Below are positions 13,301 to 23,300 of a DNA stretch of 64,000 nucleotides, piece by piece. The position numbers and the translations under genes were made by a program. Origin of the DNA: Lytechinus pictus. Taxonomy: Eukaryota. The stretch is taken from NCBI RefSeq assembly GCF_037042905.1, contig NC_087251.1, positions 45,944,001 through 46,008,000 of the forward strand, written 5' to 3'. The notes beneath the pieces are model-generated. The model was not told the origin of the DNA. It was given only the letters and a program-made list of their open reading frames with translations, and did no database searches. How positions within the stretch are numbered: position 1 is the stretch's first letter; every line of letters starts with the position of its first letter.

Positions 13301-16300
13301 AATAAAGAGTGAGTGTATATATATATATATATATATGTGAACATGCATATGTTAATAAATACCGTTAATGAGGTTGAATGTGAAAGATAAAGTTCTAAAC
13401 TTCTGAGGCTACCTATTTTATTTTACAAATTATAATAGATATAAACTTGAGTGCTTTCATGGGGTTTATTTAAATCTTGTTTTTTAGAGGAGTATCTCAT
13501 TTGTATTTAGATATATATATATATGTATACAACGTTCTCGCTACCACGCGTCACGGTTGGCGGGCGCCGACAACCCTGAAAATTTTCAGGGCAAATCCGC
13601 CAACCGTGAACTTCCCCGACAACCGTGGCCGACAACTGTAAAACAGGCCTAGATCCACACAAAAAACTGAATAATATATTTAAAATAAAAACAATCTGCT
13701 TTTCAGATCCTAAAATAAACTTGTCGATTATTTCTTCCACGATTTCTTCCCGAGATTTCTTTGCTTCGCTACTATGCTGTATACGATACGACCTCGACTC
13801 GAGGCCCAATTTAACTCTCTCTCTCTTATCAGGGAAGTGCGAAGATGTTTACCTCGCATTTGCGTATCGCATTGCTCTCATTATTTACGTCTTTAAAATG
13901 GTAGTAAAATACGCTAAAAAATAAAGTGAGAAGAGAGGGGTACCGTGGGTTACTGGGTTGGGCAATGTAATTTAGATGTTACGAATTTCAGGTGATATTG
14001 TCATTTATTTTGTCAAAAGTAAAGTGTGTCAAAAAATAATATAAAAATTCGATCGAAGTTTATTTTCATCTTGTCCCAGGCCCCAGCCTTATTATAGCTA
14101 CATCTACATGAATTCATTGAATGCATTTCTGATGACACTGCCGTAGAACGAATTGAGAAAATTATTAAAAGATCACGTTAATAATGACAAAGCCACAGCC
14201 ACAGGAATGGATTGATATAATGTCCAACTCATTTACTTACAGCAAAATGATTATTCACATTTATATTCCAATTTTACTCCATAATTTCCAAAGTCTTGAT
14301 CTCTACATCGATCTTTTGAAAGTGTTGATTAATTTCGCGACGGTGTGTCTACCAAGTTCTGTGTCACTGCACTAGCGCTCGCCATGGCCACATACATAAT
14401 ACAAATCGCACATGGCATCAAAATCTATGCGAGTCTTCCAAAATTAGATGGGATCCAAAACCGATTTGAATGTTTTTTTTTTCTTCAGATATTCATTGAA
14501 TCTGTTATAATTTTCATAAGTAATAATCTTTATTAATTTTATTCACGCTTTTTATCATATTACGACTCATTTTTTAATGTGAGTTATACGTACAGTGTAT
14601 TTTAATTTGTATTGTTCTTTATTACTCTTTGCCTGCCAATTAGTCATTACAGTGAATGCTTCATGAAAAAACAACTCCCGGTAACAACTACGATTTAAAA
14701 TAAAATATTATTTGAAATTAATTTGTGTAAAGGAGAAAGAGAATAATGGGAGGTGGTCGTGGGCAATGCAAATGAAAATGATGGGATGTTTGTGACTTTG
14801 TGGGGGAGGGGATTGGCGAAAAGAAGTCAATGTTCGGAGCGAATTAAATTAATATTCTTTTATGGATGTGTCTACTGTGATTGTGGCTGCATAATCTTTA
14901 TGGCGAGTGGAAAATCAACCCTTGGACTTGGTCGGGAGGGGTACGTGATTCAATAGATTTCAATAAAAGTACACATTCAACAAAGTGGAATTGACAATTC
15001 ATTCACAGATATTCATTTCAGGGCCGCGGAAACAGGGGGGGGGCTGGGTGGGCTTCAGCTCCCCCACTTTTTTTTCCAAAACCGTGTACAAAAACAGGAC
15101 CACCTGATTGCGTTTTTTGCATGGTGGTCAGCCCCCCCCCCCACTTTCAAGACCTTTCCGCGGCCCCTGCATTTCAAGTACGAATTATTGAAGTTGATAT
15201 AGAGGATATGTATTTCGTTTGCCCACGCCCACATGAGTCGCTAGTATAATTTGAATATCGCTGGATGAATTTTTCAATTTCACTTATGTCGTTATATATG
15301 TTTTATATCGGAATTGTGTTTTATATATAGAGTTATCTTTACAACGTCGTTAGCCTAATTACTGCGAGTGGATTATATTTATGAAATGAATTGGAATGTG
15401 AACGAGACGCCCCAAAGCCGATGGCACGTGATCTAAATCATCTAATTAGTATTCACTTTCTGGGTTGAGCCAATCATTGTGCTTGAAAACGGGTTTCCCC
15501 GAATTCCCGCCCTTGGAATGACTGTGTACCATGTGCGTGACCTGTTAACCTGTTGTATGAATGCGAATCAGCTGGTTTCGTGACCTCAAATATTCTTCAT
15601 GTTGTTTACGCTGGATGGGGGCTATAAAAAGATCTTTCTGACTCTTTTTTTTTTTCAATTTTAATAATCTGTTCGTGAATTTCTGTAACTTGAAAACTGA
15701 TGCAATTTATTGAATCACGTACCTCGATCTTCCCACTCATGGTGCAAGAAAATATTTTAAAAATTTAAAATCGCCAAAATATACATGTAAAGAAAGATTA
15801 TTCAGCCGTCATCATCAGTAGTAGTATAGACATGTCTATAAATATGCATTCACTTCGAATATTGATTTCTTCACCAATCCCACACACACGTACGATCTCA
15901 ACATCCCCTTGTCATTGTCCACGCCACGACCCCTCCCCTTTCGCGCTCCCCCTTCGACCATCCTAGCTACAACCCTCCCCCCCCCCCTCTTCCTCTCTTT
16001 CACACACGCTGTATTTGTAGGCCTACATAGTGCATTATTTAAAAATACAAATCTGCTTTCCTGTCAATTAAGCTTTACTTTCTAAACATTTTAAATCGCA
16101 ATTAATTATAATAAGAACAAAATCGTAATATTAAAGTATGATGAATGACTAAAAATATTTCTCCCGCTCGTGATGGACACATTCATTATTTTATAGGCGA
16201 GTATAGAACAATACAAATGAACATATAGCAATAATTGACAGTGAGTATAAATCTACTTTCCTGTCAATTAAGCTTTACTTTTAAAACATTTTAAATCGAA

Positions 16301-19300
16301 ATTAATTATAATAAGAACAAAATCGTAATATTAAAGTATGATGAATGACTAAAAATATTTCTCCCGCTCGTGATGGACACATTCATTATTTTATAGGCGA
16401 GTATAGAACAATACAAATGAACATAGCAATAATTGACAGTGATAAACGAATCTTGATTGGATATTATTAGTATAAACATCATCAGCAGAAGTCTTAATTA
16501 TGAGAGTCATAGTTTCAGTGAGTATCTGAAAACAAAACAAACATGCAAATTATATCGTCTCATGAATACCGATGCCCATTATTTGGAAGCCTCGGAAGTT
16601 TTCTTCCGAGGCTTCCAAACAAAGTCGGAACAATCTTTGGATTGAGTAAGGGCGTGGCGCGGCGCGCATGCGGTCCGTAGATGTAGTCGGTCATTGACAC
16701 GCATTCTCAAAATGAATCGCACTTTCTAAGGACGTAGCGATCTAGACATTGGAAAGTATGGAGTACATTATCGATGTCATTGATGTGAATAAATCTATAA
16801 ACTGTAAGTATAAAATGAGATTGAATTTAAATCTTTTCTTTTGACCTTTTTCATCAGTACTTGCCTTTCTGCTTCAATCGATCGCAATTCGCGCAACCGT
16901 TACGGCTGTGTGGCCGGAGAAGCATTAAATAGACATAAAATGTGGTGCATTTAGCAGCAATCTAAGCTCGTCGATATTGATATTTTCGATAGCTACCGCG
17001 CTCCGCACGGGAGGGGGGATACCCCCCTCCCGCGACCCTCCCCCCGTGCGTGCTTCGCACGCACACCAAGGCCGCTGCGCGGCTTGCGTATCATCGCTTC
17101 GCGCCGCCAAGCGTCAGAATTAACCTGGCGAGAACGTTGTATGTATATATATATATATATATATATAAATATGTATATGCATATATATATATAAATATAT
17201 ATTGTATATAAGAGAGAAAGAGAATGCATATTGGCATTTTAAGAGATTGACATCTCTACAATCAGATATTTGAAGATACAGACCCATTTACAAAAGCGTG
17301 TACCAACCAAACTTTTTTTTTATTTTGAAATCTTTTCCTCCCTTACAGATGTTAGTACAAATCTTAGCAATGTTTAAGAAGTTACCTAGCTTGTGTGACA
17401 TCACAATACCAGAAGGCAAGAAGTTCACAGTATGCGGCGATATTCACGGACAGTTCTACGATCTACTCAATATATTTGAGATCAATGGCTTACCGTCAGA
17501 AGAAAATCCATATGTATCCTTTTTTGTGCCTTCATGCGTATAAGATGGTTGCCAAAGGCATTGTGTTTGCTGTCATCAGTTCATATGTCCCATTTTAGTT
17601 CTTGCTATAACTAAAGTAGGGACAGTGATTTTCCGTTTCTAAAAATTGCCTTTCCGTTTCAGGAAATCTCAAATTCCGTTTCAGCATGTCTGAAAACGGA
17701 AATTCCGTTTCCCCATAGACTTTGTGTACATGAAAAATTGACAATTCCGTTTACATAGTTTAGAAAACCAATACGCAATGAGTAGCGATGTCAAATTGCT
17801 AGCGCTGCTCAAAATTTGCATCTACCAATGTACTAACATGGCTTTAAAATCCATTTTAATCGGAGAGATTCGAGCTCAAAAACTATTTAGAGAAACATAA
17901 TCAACATGAATACATTCTCACCTTTCATATTATTAGCATTATTTTATTGTTAAATGGGATTTTATCGCTGAATTGGGGACTTTTCGGACATAGATTTGAG
18001 CAGTCGATGACTTCCACCTATCCGTCATTTTGGATTTGTTGAATCACCGTGATCATTATATTATGACCAAATGCAGAGGGCAGCAACACACGGCCGTATT
18101 CTGCCTTATATGCGGACGTGAGTGTAAACTAATTTAGATACGATCGAGTGATTGAGAGGCTCGAGTGTTGTTGGGATGTGTTGATTGTCATGATTGTTGT
18201 TGCAAAGTGAGATCGTGTTTTTTTCAGTTGATATTCGTATTTTGGATTAATTTCTGTTGCTATTTTGTGCATTTTGAGAAAAAACTTGTTTGCTGTGATT
18301 TTCCGTTTCAAACGGCCGATTCCGTGAATTCCGTCCGTTTTCCGCGATCGCGGGAAATCACTGTCCCTACTAAAGAACTGCTTGATGGGTCCACTTCATA
18401 CTTGCTCCATTTCCATTCTCATCAAGAGATCCAGGTACCCAGCCCATGGCTATTAATTCCAAACCAGTGAAATGTAAATTTATGCTAATTTATCTAAGCT
18501 GAAATGCATCATGGGGGAGGCTTGCTTCCTACAGCTAGCAGGGGTATTATAGTTGAGATTTTTTTTAAGCTGATTTCAGCTTTTTAGTGGGTGGGGGTAT
18601 ATTTTCAGCTTAATTTCAGCTTATTTTAGCTTATTTTACCTTTCCTCTGTTCAAAAGTACATGCATGGGAGCTCTTTGAGTTTCAGGGTTTTTTTTCAAC
18701 GTTTTTCTTTTTTTTTCAGCTCTTTTATTTGTGTTTTAATTTCTTCCTCAGGTCTATAAGAAATAGAAAACCATGACAAAATGATGATGAATTTATTATT
18801 TATTGAATAATAAGATGCAAATTGATATTTTCTTGGTGCAATGTACCCTTAACTTGTCATTCACTTGCAGCTATTTAATGGCGACTTTGTAGACAGGGGG
18901 TCTTTCTCTGTAGAAGTTATTCTCACACTATTTGGGTTCAAGCTGCTTTATCCTGATCACTTCCATTTATCAAGAGGTTAGTACATGCGGTCTATGACCC
19001 CTTTCTCATCTACTGTTGAAAACCAATTTAATGTGTTATGGGAATGCTCTTAAAAGCGATCTCAAAGTGATCGTTTCACTTTGTTCTGATTAAAAAAATT
19101 CTCATTTGGTTCTTGAAAAAGGGGCTAAACATTAGGCGTATGGTATAGAAATACCATCCCAAAAGTTTCAAAGTACCGTAAGTATCGGACTATAAACCGC
19201 AACTTTTCCTCGGCGGGCAAGAGCCAAAAGTCGGGGTGCTTTCAATCCACAGAGCTAGGTCTGAGCCCAGCCAAATTCAGCCTGAAAATAAACCAAGACC

Positions 19301-20134
19301 ACTCACAGTTTACAACTCGTCGCGTGGCCAAGCATAACCGCTTGGGGCAATGACTTAGAGGGGTATGAGCCAACATACTTTTTGAATCTGAGAAAACTGG
19401 GCATAAGCTGAATATGTCTTAAAGACCGTTCTCAAAATCAGGCTAATGAATTGCTACTTGAGTATAGATTAGAGTCTTCCATCCTATATTGTCTGTTTCA
19501 GGGTATTTGAGGACAATACAAGCACTCATACACATGTTTCATCTAAGTTTGAGAATTTTTTAAATTTTCAGCTACTCACAAAGTGAAACGATCCATTCAA
19601 GTGGTCATTCAGATCAGTTTGGAAATCCATTTCGCAATGTTGTTTTCAAGACCGTTTTACCTCATTAAAACTAGTTTACCAGATTATATCCTGAAGTATC
19701 TAGATCATTCCATGTTGAATAGTGACCTTTTATATAACATGAATACAGAGTGGATTTGGAGCATCAAAATCATTTCATATCATTATTATATGAAGAATTC
19801 CCAATGTGACCTCTGATTATTTGATGTATAGGTAACCATGAGAGTGACACGATGAATCAGATGTATGGTTTCTACGGTGAGGTGAGATCCAAGTACACCA
19901 ATCACATGGCAGATCTCTTCCAAGAGGTCTATAACTGGCTACCTCTGGCACAACTTATCAATAACAAAGTCCTGGTCATGCACGGAGGGCTGTTCAGTCA
20001 AGATAATGTAACGATAGACGACCTGAGAACTATAGATCGGAACAGGCAGCCGCCAGAATCGGGTAAGTTGATGATGTTGGTGGTGATGATGATGGTGATG
20101 ATGATGATGTTGATACTGGTGATGATGATGATGT

Positions 20135-20210
<76 letters not shown>

Positions 20211-20293
20211 GGTGGTGATATTGATGATGATGATGATGATGATAGTGGTGATGATGATGATGTTGATGATGATGATGATGGTGATGATGATGG

Positions 20294-20324
<31 letters not shown>

Positions 20325-23300
20325 AGTGATGGTGATGATGAGGATGATGGTGATGGTGATGATGATGATGGTGGGGATGATCATGAAGAACAGCATTCTT
20401 ATCTGTGAAAACAAATTCAAAAGCCACGTAGGTGGCCATCTATTCAGTTTGGTTCTGATGTCACCAAACACTTCCTAGGACGCAATAACCTAATTGTGCA
20501 TTATTTGTTTTATGCAGGTTTGATGTGCGAGTTACTTTGGTCTGATCCCCAGCCTAGGCCGGGTAGGTCGCCCAGCAAGAGAGGTGTCGGGATCCAGTTT
20601 GGTCCAGATGTCACCAAGAATTTCCTGGAATACAACAACTTGGAGTACATCGTCAGGAGTCATGAAGTTAAGAACGATGGCTATGAGGTTACTCATGATG
20701 GGAAGTGCATTACAGTGTTTTCAGCGCCTAATTACTGGTAAGAATCATTGCCTACTGTGTATGTAAGGTACCTTAAAGCAAGAGAGCAAACTGATTGACA
20801 CTGTGCGGTCTCTCATTAACCATGTGTCATAATTAGCTCGTCCTGAAATATGCATTTACGACAACTACTGGTATTAATGATACAGAGAATAAATGAACAT
20901 GAAGATGATTTTATTCGTAAAGGGGACTTAAAATGTTTTGTCGAGGAAAAGTAGTTGTGATGTTACTTGATTATTATTGTGGTAAAAATGTATGTATCAG
21001 TGAATTAGATTGTTATCATTCAAGTGGGTTTATATTACAAGACTACACTGCTCAGAATGTTGCATTATGGGTTAGGGGCCTGACCAGGGGGGGTGTTTCA
21101 CAAAGATTTAAGTATGACTTAAGTCGCACTTAAATGCCGACGCGTACATGATATGCAACGCGCAGTCACGTTGATCAATACGCAGCAGTGCGCATCCTCT
21201 TGGCATGATCTGACCAATACTGTCATGCATTTTATACCGTGTGCAACTAGACATTTAAGTGCGACTCTGAAGTCATACTTAAATCTTTGTGAAACAACCC
21301 CTCTGGATTGAGTAATCAAAGATTTGATGTTGTGTATACAATACTGCTGGTTTGTATTGGCTGTAATGCAGAGTGAATTCCTTAACACGTTTTAAGTTGA
21401 TTAACAATACCACCCTGAAATACACATATGTCCGAGAATTGTATGATAGCTTTGTAGAAAATTACCTGCAAAATGCAGAATCAAGATATTTCTATTACAA
21501 ATGTATATATTTGTTGTGTGTTGCCATGCTTTGTTTTTATTGTAAAATTTAGCATGGCACGATTTACTTTCCAATCTTTATTCATTTAATCTCTTATGTA
21601 CACTATTCACAGTGATCAAATTGGCAACAAAGGGGCTTTCATTAATCTAGGTTCAGACCTCAAACCAAACTTTAAGACGTATGAAGCAGTGGTAAGTAAA
21701 TCATTTGGTTTATATCATTTAAGCTGTCGGAGACTGAATGATCTCTCTATAACACGTTTTCCATAGACCCAGCCTGCATCTGTGCAGGCTCAGTCCCTTA
21801 TGGGTTAAAGGCATTGTATACCTTATGCCAATTTTGAACATCTCATTGGCCCTGTATTCAGAACTCTGGTTTCATTTAAAGGGATGGTCCAGGCTGGAGA
21901 TATTTATATCTCAATAAATAGAGTAAAATTCACAAAGCAAAATGCTGAAATTTTGATCAAAATCAGATAACAAATAACGAAGTTGAGCATGATCGGTTAA
22001 GGGTTAGCATTGAGGTGAAATTTTTTTTTATAGATATTTCTATCAAAATTGCTTTTAAGATAATCTTTGATATCTCAGGTTTCAAAGAACTCAGTTTCAT
22101 GAAGATTGATAAATCCGAAAGTATTGGAATAGTCCATTTTATTCGTAGGGGTGCTATTACCTCTCATCAAGGACGGACATTTTTACTCAAATTGAATTCT
22201 CTCTAGTTTTATTGTTTTTAAAGTTATTCTAATTTGGTTTGGATGTTCTTGCATTCTGAACATTAATCTATTATCAAACATAAATTAGTAGAAAAAAAAT
22301 ATTGGGAAGTAATTTTTTTTGGTAGGTGTGAACATTTCCATTTTGAAATTTCCGTCCGTGATGAAAAAAAATATAAAAAGTTTTTTTATTTTTTATCGGA
22401 ATAGAAATAAAAAATAAAAAGGTGTAGAGGTATCTCACTAAACACTGTACACCATTTTATTTGAACATAGCTGAAATCCATACATTTTATCCATATCATA
22501 AACTCAATCAAAAATGATCACGGACGGACATTAATTTCATCACGGACGGACAATGTAAATTCACTCAAATTCAATTCACTCTAGTTTTATTGTTTTCAAA
22601 GCTACTCCAATTTGATTTGGATTTTCTTGTACTCTAAACATTAATCTATCATCAAACATAAATTAGTAGAAAAAATATGGAAAGTAAATTTTTCTGGTAG
22701 ATGTTAACATTCCATTTTGAAATTTCCATCCGTGATGAAATTAATGGCCGTCCGTGATCATTTTTATTGAGTTTATGATATGGATAATATTTATGGATTC
22801 ATCTTTATATTCTTTATCAGAATAGAAACAAAAATAAAAGTGTGCAGAAGCATCTCACTAGACACTGTACATCATTTCATTTGAATATAGCTAAAATCCA
22901 TACATTTTATCCATATCATAAATCAATCAAAATAATCGCAGACGGACATTAATTTCATCACGGACAGACAATGAGCAAATACTGAGCAGATTATGAATTT
23001 AATTTTAGTTCCAATTTGCAGTGAAAAATGGTACTGAGAATTATTCAGAACTCAAATGGATGGAAACCTACAACTCTTCACAATTTTTTGTGAAATCTTT
23101 CTTTGGCTGTTATTGGGGCTTAATTGTTGTCAGGAATTTTTTTTTTTAAACATAATTGGAATGCAGATAGAGTTGGAAGCTACATGTATGCCAAAAAGCA
23201 GGAAATGAAATAGAGCAAGAATAAGTCAAAAGCTGTATATCTCATCAATTGAAGCTTGCAGAAAGTGATGGAAAAGAAGAAAGTAGAATGCATATTCTGA

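Noticed and set aside
19852..20478. Poly-Met, poly-His and poly-Ile ORFs
   Set aside because: Read-through of the exon 8 donor into an intronic (GAT)n microsatellite.
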